DNA of 41,452 nucleotides. It comes from a virus. Positions 7,394-13,691 of the stretch are shown here, one piece after another; the first letter of the stretch is position 1, and each line of letters begins with the position of its first letter. The stretch spans positions 1 through 41,452 of IMG/VR virus record IMGVR_UViG_3300032144_000028; one strand, written 5' to 3'. The notes under the pieces are model-generated. The model saw nothing but the letters and a program-made list of their open reading frames with translations. It was not told the DNA's origin and searched no databases. A program made the translations under genes and the position numbers.

Positions 7394-8917
7394 GTGGACC
7401 AGATCGAGCTCACCGAGTTCCTGACGCCGGTCGTGGGCGCCGGAGTCTCGGTCGACTGGGACCTGACCGCCGGCGGGATCACCGAGCCGACCAAGGCGGC
7501 CGTGCTGCTCTACTCCGCCAGCGACGCCGACGACACCGACCACCCCAGCGCGCGCGTCGGGATCACTCTGGTCTCCTCCGAGAGCACCAACAAGGTCCAC
7601 TCGAACTGCGTCCTGGCCCGCGACGCCCTGGCGGCCCCGGACGCGCGGACGGCCGTCGGGGCCCGGGCCTGCTACGTACCCCGGGTTTCTGCGTTCCCCA
7701 CCCAGTTCGACCAGGACAACAGCTACCAGGCGGCGATCTCCGGCGGCTTCCGCTTCCGGACCACGATCGACCCTTTGGTCCGCAGCCGCGGCGCCGCCCT
7801 GATCCTGGCCGGGACCGGCATGCGGTCGTGGTCTGGATCCGCCGAGGCGACCACGACCCAGCAGGACGTCGACACCGGGCCGCTCCTGCCGACCGACCAG
7901 CGCTTCCGTCCGCACCTCCTGATCGTCGTGGCCACCAGGACCTCGGGGACCTCTGGCCAGATAGACGATGCGGCGATGGGAGTCGGCTTCGTAGTGGACG
8001 ACGGCGGCCCGACCCAGGTCTGTGCCTTCACGGACTGGGCCGACGCCACGGAGCCGAGCGACACCGACGGCGAGCTGCGCTCCGACGCCGGGGCCGCCGG
8101 TCTGCGCCCCTCGGCGCGCGGGACGCGAGTCCTGGTGACCTTCGAGTTCACGTCCACCGGGTTCAAGCACCAGGCGAGCGCCGACGACCTGTCCTTCACG
8201 TTCCTGGCGGTGCGGTTCGAGGCGGGGGCCCCCGGGATCTACGCCGGGAACCACGAGCTGAACGGGAGCACGAGCGAGCCGATCGTCCTACCCTTCGACC
8301 CGCACGCCGTGCTCGCCCTGAGCTCGCTCCTCGGTGGCCTGGACACGCCCGTCTCGAGCAGCGACGCCGGAGCCTTCGGGCTTTCTCTCTTCGGTCCCTC
8401 CTTCGAGCGCGCCTACTCCGCGCGCATGAAGCAGGGGGAGAGCACCTCGAGCGACGCCAGCTTCCGACAGGAGGCTGTGGCCGTCCTGACCCTGGACCAC
8501 CTGGGCGCCGTCGCGCGCCGAGGCACCTACGACGGTCCGGCCTCGCCCCACGGCTTCGTCCTCGACTTCACGTCGCCCGCCGCCGGCCACCTCACGATCC
8601 TGGCCCTCGCGCCGGTGGGTCTCGTGCCGGTGGACGCGGTCGAGCTCCCGCTGGTCCTGCCGGCGGTGACGATCGCGGGACTGATCACGCCGTCGCCGGT
8701 CGTCCTCGGACTCGGCGTCCCGGCGGCCATCGTCGTCCTGCCGCAGCAGCCGGCCCCGGCCGCGCTCGCGCTCCAGCTCCCGGCCCCGACGCTTTTCACC
8801 CCGAGTCCGATGGCCGTGCGGATCCCACCCGTCCTCGGGCCCAGCTACCACGCGAGCCTCGCCGCGCTCCTGCCGCGCGGGCTCGCCTGGAACCGCCGCG
8901 TGGAGGCCGAGACGTGA
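7394..8917 (+). CDS. Hypothetical structural protein; paralogue of the 16296..18815 product; Pro-rich repeats and a gp48-type N-terminal motif at its C-terminus
   Basis: GTG 7394, 507 aa with normal amino-acid composition. Its C-terminal third parallels the 839-aa protein (...GFVLDFTSPAAGHLTILALA... vs ...GFDVDVTDAAGGSRVVCYWAL...). This is followed by 3-4 PxPV..L.L.LPAP repeats and ends ...SYHASLAALLPRGLAWNRRVEAET*. Confidence 0.6.
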   Translation: MDQIELTEFLTPVVGAGVSVDWDLTAGGITEPTKAAVLLYSASDADDTDHPSARVGITLVSSESTNKVHSNCVLARDALAAPDARTAVGARACYVPRVSAFPTQFDQDNSYQAAISGGFRFRTTIDPLVRSRGAALILAGTGMRSWSGSAEATTTQQDVDTGPLLPTDQRFRPHLLIVVATRTSGTSGQIDDAAMGVGFVVDDGGPTQVCAFTDWADATEPSDTDGELRSDAGAAGLRPSARGTRVLVTFEFTSTGFKHQASADDLSFTFLAVRFEAGAPGIYAGNHELNGSTSEPIVLPFDPHAVLALSSLLGGLDTPVSSSDAGAFGLSLFGPSFERAYSARMKQGESTSSDASFRQEAVAVLTLDHLGAVARRGTYDGPASPHGFVLDFTSPAAGHLTILALAPVGLVPVDAVELPLVLPAVTIAGLITPSPVVLGLGVPAAIVVLPQQPAPAALALQLPAPTLFTPSPMAVRIPPVLGPSYHASLAALLPRGLAWNRRVEAET

Positions 8918-9525
8918 CCACGACGCTCCTCCGCGTCCTGCGCGCGCCGGCCGAGCTCCTGGCCCAGCTCGAGCTTCGCTCGCTCGACCTCCTCGAGGAG
9001 ACCGACGTGCGCACCACCGTCGAGCTGCTCCCCGAGTGGGCCGAGTGGCTGGGCCTGGCCGAAGACTGCACCGACGGCCTGCCGCAGACGACGCCCGAGC
9101 AGCGCTTCGCCGCCTACCGGAAGCTCACCACGCCGGGCGGACAGAACCGCTTCCACTACGTCGAGGTCGCCCAGGCGCTCGGCTACGACGTCGACCTCGA
9201 GGACCTGGTCGAGCTCCTCCCCTTCGTGGCGGAGGGCTCGGACGCCGAGGACCCCTGCTACGACGACGACTGGCGCTTCGTGCTCGAGGTGCACGCGCCG
9301 GAGGTGACGCCGCGCTTCGCGCGCGCCGGCGAGAGCGTCGCCGGCGAGCCCCTGGTCACCTTCGGGAACGAGCTCCTCTCCTGCACGCTCGACAACCTGA
9401 AGCCGGCGCACGTGCTCTTCCTCTACATCTTCGACAAGCCCTACGCTGGCTACGCCCCCTGGAACTTCGCGGCCCCCACCCCCGTCCAGCTGGGCCTCGT
9501 CCTGCCGATCCCCACCAGGAGCTGA
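8914..9525 (+). CDS. Mu gp48-like baseplate/tail protein (DUF2313 family), apparently lacking its own N-terminal motif
   Basis: GTG 8914 in a GTGA overlap, 203 aa. ...LLRVLRAPAELLAQLELRSLDLLEETDVRTTVELLPEWAEWLGLAEDC...PGGQNRFHYVEVAQALGYDV... Ends ...APTPVQLGLVLPIPTRS*. Confidence 0.75.
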   Translation: MTTTLLRVLRAPAELLAQLELRSLDLLEETDVRTTVELLPEWAEWLGLAEDCTDGLPQTTPEQRFAAYRKLTTPGGQNRFHYVEVAQALGYDVDLEDLVELLPFVAEGSDAEDPCYDDDWRFVLEVHAPEVTPRFARAGESVAGEPLVTFGNELLSCTLDNLKPAHVLFLYIFDKPYAGYAPWNFAAPTPVQLGLVLPIPTRS

Positions 9526-9528
9526 ACC

Positions 9529-10818
9529 ATGTTCCGGATCGACCACCCGACCCGCGCCGCCGCGCTGCCCTCCCCCGACCCGGTCGCGTCCCAGGGCTTC
9601 TTCACCAAGGGCGACCCGACGATGGCGGTGCCCGCCACGCGCGTCACCCAGGACTGGCTCAACGCGGTCCAGGAGGAGCTCGCCAACGCGATCGAGGCGG
9701 AAGGGGTCGTCCTCGACAAGGGGGACCGCAGGCAACTCTCCCGCGCGCTGCAGCGCACCCGAGGGGGTTCAGGTTTCTCCAACCTGATCCAAAACCCGGA
9801 GTTCGACGTGGCCCAGCGCGGCACCACCATCGCGATCAACCCCGGGAACCCTGGCTCCGGCACCTTCGCCCTTCTGCGCGGTCCCGACCGTTGGCGGTAC
9901 CGCCTCGGAGACGCGACGGACGAGGGCACGTGGAGCACCACGATCGACGCGATCAACACCCTCGGCGACGTCCCTAACTCCGGGGCGACCAGCTACGCGA
10001 CGCTGCAGCGCAACGGGACCTCCAGCAGCGGGGTTCGACCCGCCATCGAACAAGCGATCGAGGGTGTCCACCTCCTCTCCGGCGAGCCCGTCGTGTTGGC
10101 CTTCGATTGTCGCAAGCACCAGGTCAGCGATCCGGTTGGCGACATCGAGCTCGTGGAGCTCATTCAGGTCTTCGGACAGACTGGCTCGCCGAGCGCTCCC
10201 GTGACCACGGTCCTATCCTCGCCGCTCACGGGGTACGACGGCACCTGGCGGCGGTTCACCTTCACCGGCGTCCTGCCCTCGATCTCCGGGAAGACGATCA
10301 CCAACGGGCACCACCTTCTCCTCCGGATCCACTTCACCGACCAGACGGCGACGGCGCGGGTCGACGTGACGGGTTTCGTGATGCAGCGAGGCACGATCGA
10401 TCCCGGCTACACGAGCCGCGGGCGCGTTCTGGAGACGCTCCTCTGCTCGCGGTACTTCGAGAGCAGTCGCTACGGCGACGGTGCGGTTCCGACTCTTGCA
10501 TTCACCGCCGGCTGCGAGGAGGTCGGCCTCTGGGACACCGCCTTCGACGGCGCTGGCAAGGTGCGGACCCTTGGTCGGCGATTCCTGGTCCCGAAGTACG
10601 CGCGCAACGCCTCCGTCGTCCTGCCTACGGTCACGTGGCGGGGCACCAACGGGTCGGACGACTTCGTCACGGAAGGTGCCTCGACCCACCACCCCGTGAC
10701 GTCGGCCGACGTGACCTTCGATCACTCCGGGTTCCCGGAGATCACCTCCCCGCCCGCCGGCGGGACGCTGCGCCAGTTCCGGGGTTACTTCTACGCCGAG
10801 GCCGAAATCCTGGCGTGA
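9529..10818 (+). CDS. Tail fibre protein
   Basis: ATG 9529 preceded by AGGAG, 429 aa. N-terminus MFRIDHPTRAAALPSPDPVASQGFFTKGDPTMAVPATRVTQDWLNAVQEELANAIEAEG is the recurrent myophage fibre anchor motif. The C-terminal ~330 aa is unrecognised and visibly less GC-rich. Confidence 0.8.
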   Translation: MFRIDHPTRAAALPSPDPVASQGFFTKGDPTMAVPATRVTQDWLNAVQEELANAIEAEGVVLDKGDRRQLSRALQRTRGGSGFSNLIQNPEFDVAQRGTTIAINPGNPGSGTFALLRGPDRWRYRLGDATDEGTWSTTIDAINTLGDVPNSGATSYATLQRNGTSSSGVRPAIEQAIEGVHLLSGEPVVLAFDCRKHQVSDPVGDIELVELIQVFGQTGSPSAPVTTVLSSPLTGYDGTWRRFTFTGVLPSISGKTITNGHHLLLRIHFTDQTATARVDVTGFVMQRGTIDPGYTSRGRVLETLLCSRYFESSRYGDGAVPTLAFTAGCEEVGLWDTAFDGAGKVRTLGRRFLVPKYARNASVVLPTVTWRGTNGSDDFVTEGASTHHPVTSADVTFDHSGFPEITSPPAGGTLRQFRGYFYAEAEILA

Positions 10819-11153
10819 TGGAGCCCTCGACCTTCGCCCTGCGCGCGCTCGCGCTACTCGCGGTGCTCGTCGGCCTGCTCCAGGCCTTCGGCGTGCTCGC
10901 CTGGTACGCCGGCGCCCGGCTCGTGACGCCCCCCAAGACCTGGCACGTGGTCTCCGTGGCGATCGGCTGGACGCTGATCCAGGTCTTCGCGCTGATCGGA
11001 CTCGCCCGGACCTGGATCGACGTGCCCCTGCCGCCTGGGCTCCGGGCATGCTTCGCGCTAGTCGGCCAGGCCTTCGTGATCTACGGGACCCACCAGCTCT
11101 TCTGGGCCGCCCGCCGGCGTGAGCGGCGCGAGGGTGCAGGAGGATCCGCGTGA
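10818..11153 (+). CDS. Membrane protein, three predicted TM helices, charged C-terminus (class I holin-like topology)
   Basis: ATG 10818 in an ATGA overlap, 111 aa. Hydrophobic segments ALRALALLAVLVGLLQAFGVLAW, VVSVAIGWTLIQVFALIGLA and LRACFALVGQAFVIYG, then a RRRERRE tail. Confidence 0.6.
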   Translation: MEPSTFALRALALLAVLVGLLQAFGVLAWYAGARLVTPPKTWHVVSVAIGWTLIQVFALIGLARTWIDVPLPPGLRACFALVGQAFVIYGTHQLFWAARRRERREGAGGSA

Positions 11154-11443
11154 CCGACCTCGGCCCCTGGATCGCCGTCGCCTCGCTGACGATCTCGCTC
11201 TCGGTGCTCGTCTTCGGGGCGATCCAGTACCGGCGCGTTGCCCGCAAGGACTACGTGGACGAGCTCGAGCGCGAGCTGCGCCGGATCGAGGCCCGCACGA
11301 CGGAGTGCGAGGTCGCCCGAGAAGCCCTGGCCCGGAAGGTGGAGGAGTGCGAAGAGGAGCGGGGGCGCCTGGAGCGGCGCACCTTCGAGCTGCTCTCCGA
11401 GCTCCACCAGCGGCCCAGCGGTCCCACGCAGCCGGCCTTCTAG
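11150..11443 (+). CDS. N-terminally anchored coiled-coil protein (i-spanin-like architecture)
   Basis: GTG 11150 in a GTGA overlap, 97 aa. TM segment WIAVASLTISLSVLVFGAI, then a charged heptad-like region ...DELERELRRIEARTTECEVAREALARKVEECEEERGRLERR... Confidence 0.55.
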   Translation: MTDLGPWIAVASLTISLSVLVFGAIQYRRVARKDYVDELERELRRIEARTTECEVAREALARKVEECEEERGRLERRTFELLSELHQRPSGPTQPAF

Positions 11444-11847
11444 CCGCGCCGGCGCGGCGCGCGGACTTCCTGGACGACCACCGGGAAGAGCGCCTCCACC
11501 AGGCGCTTCTTCACGCGGTAGGCCTCGGTCGCGTGCCCCTTCACGTCCTCGAAGGTGACCCGCCCGTCGGCCCAGAAGACGGCGAAGTCCGCCACGTAGC
11601 GCACGCCGCCCGGTAGGTGAAAGGGCACCTGGCGCAGCGTGAAGCGCACGGCTCCCGCCGCGCGGAGCTCCTCGAGCTCGACCCAGCGACGCGCCTCGGC
11701 CTTCGACCCGAAGAGCGTCCCGCCGACCGTGCGCTCGGCCGCCGGCGAGACCCCGTACTTGTGGCCGCGCGAGCCGCCCCGCCGCCGGCGCGACTCGGCC
11801 AAGGCCGCCTCGAGGGCCGCGCGGCCGGTCAGTCGAGGAGCTTCCAA
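11440..11847 (-). CDS. DUF1064-family protein (phage nuclease-like)
   Basis: 135 aa. ...HKYGVSPAAERTVGGTLFGSKAEARRWVELEELRAAGAVRFTLRQVPFHLPGGVRYVADFAVFWADGRVTFEDVKGHATEAYRVKKRL... fits the remembered DUF1064 pattern (KY..dG..F.SK.Ea.....L......I......Q..f.L....Y..DF......G...eDvKG......K.kl). Confidence 0.6.
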   Translation of the reverse strand: MEAPRLTGRAALEAALAESRRRRGGSRGHKYGVSPAAERTVGGTLFGSKAEARRWVELEELRAAGAVRFTLRQVPFHLPGGVRYVADFAVFWADGRVTFEDVKGHATEAYRVKKRLVEALFPVVVQEVRAPRRRG

Positions 11848-12029
11848 CGCGGGTCCCTATCCCGGTTCGAGGTGGCCCGCTCCGCGCGGCCCTCGGTCTC
11901 GAGGACGCGCAGGGCCGCGTGGACCGCGGCCGCGGGGAGGCGCAGCGCGCGCGCGAGCTCGCGCTCGGAGACGATCCCCTCCCCTAGGGCCCGCAGGACC
12001 ACGTCCAGGCGCTCGCGCGTCACGATCAC
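11829..12029 (-). CDS. Small winged-helix DNA-binding protein
   Basis: 66 aa. ...VLRALGEGIVSERELARALRLPAAAVHAALRVLETEGRAER... is a MarR/ArsR-like wHTH layout. Confidence 0.5.
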   Translation of the reverse strand: MIVTRERLDVVLRALGEGIVSERELARALRLPAAAVHAALRVLETEGRAERATSNRDRDPRWKLLD

Positions 12030-12053
12030 CGCTCGCGAGGATACCCGGGCGGG

Positions 12054-12338
12054 CTACGCGAGGGGCTCCCCGAGATGGAGGCGGCGGAACTGGGTGCGGT
12101 CGTCCAGGGCCGCCTGGAAGGAGTCGTGCTCGCGCGAGAAGCGCCGCCAGTCGGTCAAGCACCAGGTCCCGGACCGCTTGCGCAGCAGGGCTACCTGGCT
12201 CGAGAGCGGGTAGGACTCGGCCGGCTCGGCGAGCTCGCGGGCGAGGTCCAGGTTCACCTGGACAGACGTCGAGGCGGTCGGCTGCGCCTCGGATCGAGCC
12301 GCGAAGGCCCAAGAGAGGAGATCGCGGAGGAGCTTCAC
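12054..12338 (-). CDS. Hypothetical protein
   Basis: GTG 12338 in a GTGA overlap with the upstream small ORF, 94 aa, balanced composition. Confidence 0.5.
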   Translation of the reverse strand: MKLLRDLLSWAFAARSEAQPTASTSVQVNLDLARELAEPAESYPLSSQVALLRKRSGTWCLTDWRRFSREHDSFQAALDDRTQFRRLHLGEPLA

Positions 12339-12475
12339 TGGAGCGTCTCCCGGCGCCGGACGGACTCCAGCAGCTCGAAGTGAGCGAAGAAGACCCGGAT
12401 GGTGAACCAGGCCCCGAGCAGCGAACCCAGGAAGGCCGCCGCCATGGTGAGGCCGGCGAAGGCGTAGATGTTCAC
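12335..12475 (-). CDS. Small single-TM membrane protein (46 aa)
   Basis: GTG 12475 in a GTGA overlap. VNIYAFAGLTMAAAFLGSLLGAWFTIRVFFAHFELLESVRRRETLQ*. The longer 96-aa version in the ORF track adds only an Arg/Pro/Gly-rich N-terminus. Confidence 0.45.
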   Translation of the reverse strand: MNIYAFAGLTMAAAFLGSLLGAWFTIRVFFAHFELLESVRRRETLQ

Positions 12476-12651
12476 GACGCGGAGCCCTCCAGCTGACGAG
12501 CCCGGGCCCAGTGGGCGAGGACCAGCCCCGCCGAGAGCGTTGCCCAGGCGAGGCACTGGCCGGGCGCCCCGAGGGCGCTCGCCACGGCGAAGGCGAAGCT
12601 GGAGAGCGCCTGGACGGCGGCGCACCCTCGGTGGAAGGCGGCGCCGATCAC
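12472..12651 (-). CDS. Small two-TM membrane protein (59 aa), not in the supplied ORF track
   Basis: Hand translation of the minus strand from GTG 12651 (GTGA overlap with the stop of 12648..12833): VIGAAFHRGCAAVQALSSFAFAVASALGAPGQCLAWATLSAGLVLAHWARARQLEGSAS*. Confidence 0.4.
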   Translation of the reverse strand: MIGAAFHRGCAAVQALSSFAFAVASALGAPGQCLAWATLSAGLVLAHWARARQLEGSAS

Positions 12652-12833
12652 GAGACCCTCCGGACGCGCAGCGTCGGCTGGGCGCGGTCCCGCAGCTCGC
12701 GGCGGGCGAGGTGCGCGAGCGCCTCCCGGCCGATCCGGCTCGCCTCGGTCTCGAGGGCGCGGGCGCCCCGCGTCCGCAGCTCGTGCAGCTTCTCCTCCAG
12801 CTCGATCCCCCGCAGCGCTTCTTCGACGGTCAT
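12648..12833 (-). CDS. Small charged helical protein (61 aa)
   Basis: ATG 12833 preceded on the minus strand by GGAAGGAAACGACC. MTVEEALRGIELEEKLHELRTRGARALETEASRIGREALAHLARRELRDRAQPTLRVRRVS*. The track ORF 12648..13091 extends upstream with junk-like sequence. Confidence 0.5.
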   Translation of the reverse strand: MTVEEALRGIELEEKLHELRTRGARALETEASRIGREALAHLARRELRDRAQPTLRVRRVS

Positions 12834-13018
12834 GGTCGTTTCCTTCCGTGTGCCCCTGGGTTGCGTCTTCCGGGTCTCCCCGGCCTGAGACCTACTTCGG
12901 ACCTCGGGCTCACGCAGCTCGAGCGGAACGGGGGTATCTTTCGTCCGGCGGCGCGCGGTGCAGGGATTGCCGCGCGGCCGCCGGCGGGCTCCGGCCCTCG
13001 GTCTTCTCGGCACGCGCA

Positions 13019-13057
13019 GGAGGGGGAAAGACCTCCCCCCTCCCCCCCACTCCCTCC
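13019..13057 (-). other. G-tract (minus strand) / hairpin element in the largest non-coding gap
   Basis: The + strand reads GGAGGGGG-aaagacctc-CCCCCTCC (13019-13043). This runs into cctcccccctcccccccactccctcc (13032-13057), so the minus strand carries four or more G3+ runs. Confidence 0.3.
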
Positions 13058-13085
13058 GACACGCGCGGAGCCGGGGCCTCGGGAT

Positions 13086-13114
13086 GGACACGAAGAAGAC
13101 GCCGAGGCGTCTCC
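13086..13114 (-). terminator. Candidate intrinsic terminator after the 13141..13668 gene
   Basis: The minus-strand RNA would fold GGAGACGC-cucg-GCGUCUUC (8 bp including one G-U), followed by UUCGUGUCC, 27 nt past the stop codon. The U tract is poor. Confidence 0.3.
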
Positions 13115-13140
13115 AGCCGGGGAGCCGGGGCCCGCTTCTT

Positions 13141-13668
13141 TCAGAGGTTCGGCGGGCCCTGAAGCAGGACCTGGACGCTCGTCACGCCGATCCCGGCCGC
13201 GGCCGTCGCGACGCCGATCGTCCGGTTGCCGGCCGAGGTCGTCGTCACCTCGCCGGCGCCGGCGTCCCAGTAGATGCGCTGGTGCAACGTGATCGCGTCC
13301 CCGGAGACCTTGGGCAGGAGGAACGTCCCGCGCACCTGCAGCGTCGCCGGCTGGCCCGTCAGGACCGAGGCCTTCACCACCCCGAAGGCGTCGCCCGAGA
13401 GGAGCCCCTCGCCGGCGGTGAGGTCCGCGGGCGCGGTGAAGACGAGCTCGGTCCCGGCGACGCGAGCCGCGAGGGCGAGGATCGCCGAACGCACCTGGGT
13501 CGCGTCGAGCCTGTCGAGCGCGAGGCCCTCGGCCTCGACCAGGCCAGCGAGCTCCTCCTGCAGGGCGTTGAGCCAGTCGGGCGAGATCACCGTCCCCTGG
13601 ACCCCGGCGAAGGGGTTCCCTCCCACCCAGGTCCCCGCCACGGAGCCGGGGGAGTCGATGCGGAACAT
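13141..13668 (-). CDS. Chimeric protein: tail-fibre N-terminal anchor motif fused to a DUF2190 (head decoration-like) domain
   Basis: 175 aa. N-terminus MFRIDSPGSVAGTW...TVISPDWLNALQEELAGLVEAEGLAL parallels 9529..10818. The C-terminus ...VRGTFLLPKVSGDAITLHQRIYWDAGAGEVTTTSAGNRTIGVATAAAGIGVTSVQVLL parallels 38019..38369 (...KGVVRLPKSTSDAITAGARVFWDNTAKEIRAASAAGRFMIGTAETAQ...). Confidence 0.75.
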   Translation of the reverse strand: MFRIDSPGSVAGTWVGGNPFAGVQGTVISPDWLNALQEELAGLVEAEGLALDRLDATQVRSAILALAARVAGTELVFTAPADLTAGEGLLSGDAFGVVKASVLTGQPATLQVRGTFLLPKVSGDAITLHQRIYWDAGAGEVTTTSAGNRTIGVATAAAGIGVTSVQVLLQGPPNL

Positions 13669-13674
13669 GCCGAG

Positions 13675-13684
13675 AGGGTAGCCT
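13675..13684. promoter_or_regulatory. Back-to-back -10-like hexamers (minus TACCCT, plus TAGCCT) in a 23-bp divergent gap
   Basis: The + strand reads cat-gccgag-AGGGTAGCCT-cgggccc-atg. TACCCT lies 6 nt upstream of ATG 13668 (minus) and TAGCCT lies 7 nt upstream of ATG 13692 (plus). Both fit TAnnnT, and there is no room for a Shine-Dalgarno leader. Confidence 0.45.
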
Positions 13685-13691
13685 CGGGCCC

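Noticed and set aside
11119-11616. Search for an embedded o-spanin lipoprotein in alternative frames of the TM/coiled-coil gene 11150..11443
   Set aside because: The overlapping frames (11119..11616, 11238..11558) lack a hydrophobic signal plus lipobox. The only Cys context (SSSASCAG) has no preceding hydrophobic core.
12476-12625. Longer 96-aa version of the small TM ORF (track 12335..12625, minus)
   Set aside because: The added N-terminus (MRRRPGALQLRLRRGERPRGARPVPRLG...) looks like off-frame GC-rich translation. It also overlaps a better two-TM ORF in another frame that is linked by GTGA overlaps on both sides.
9652-13578. A site-specific invertase (Gin/Cin/Hin-like) for the inverted-repeat-bounded segment
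   Set aside because: None of the ORFs inside or near the segment shows serine-recombinase or tyrosine-recombinase motifs. Programmed inversion therefore remains only a hypothesis and is listed as a finding, not as a feature.
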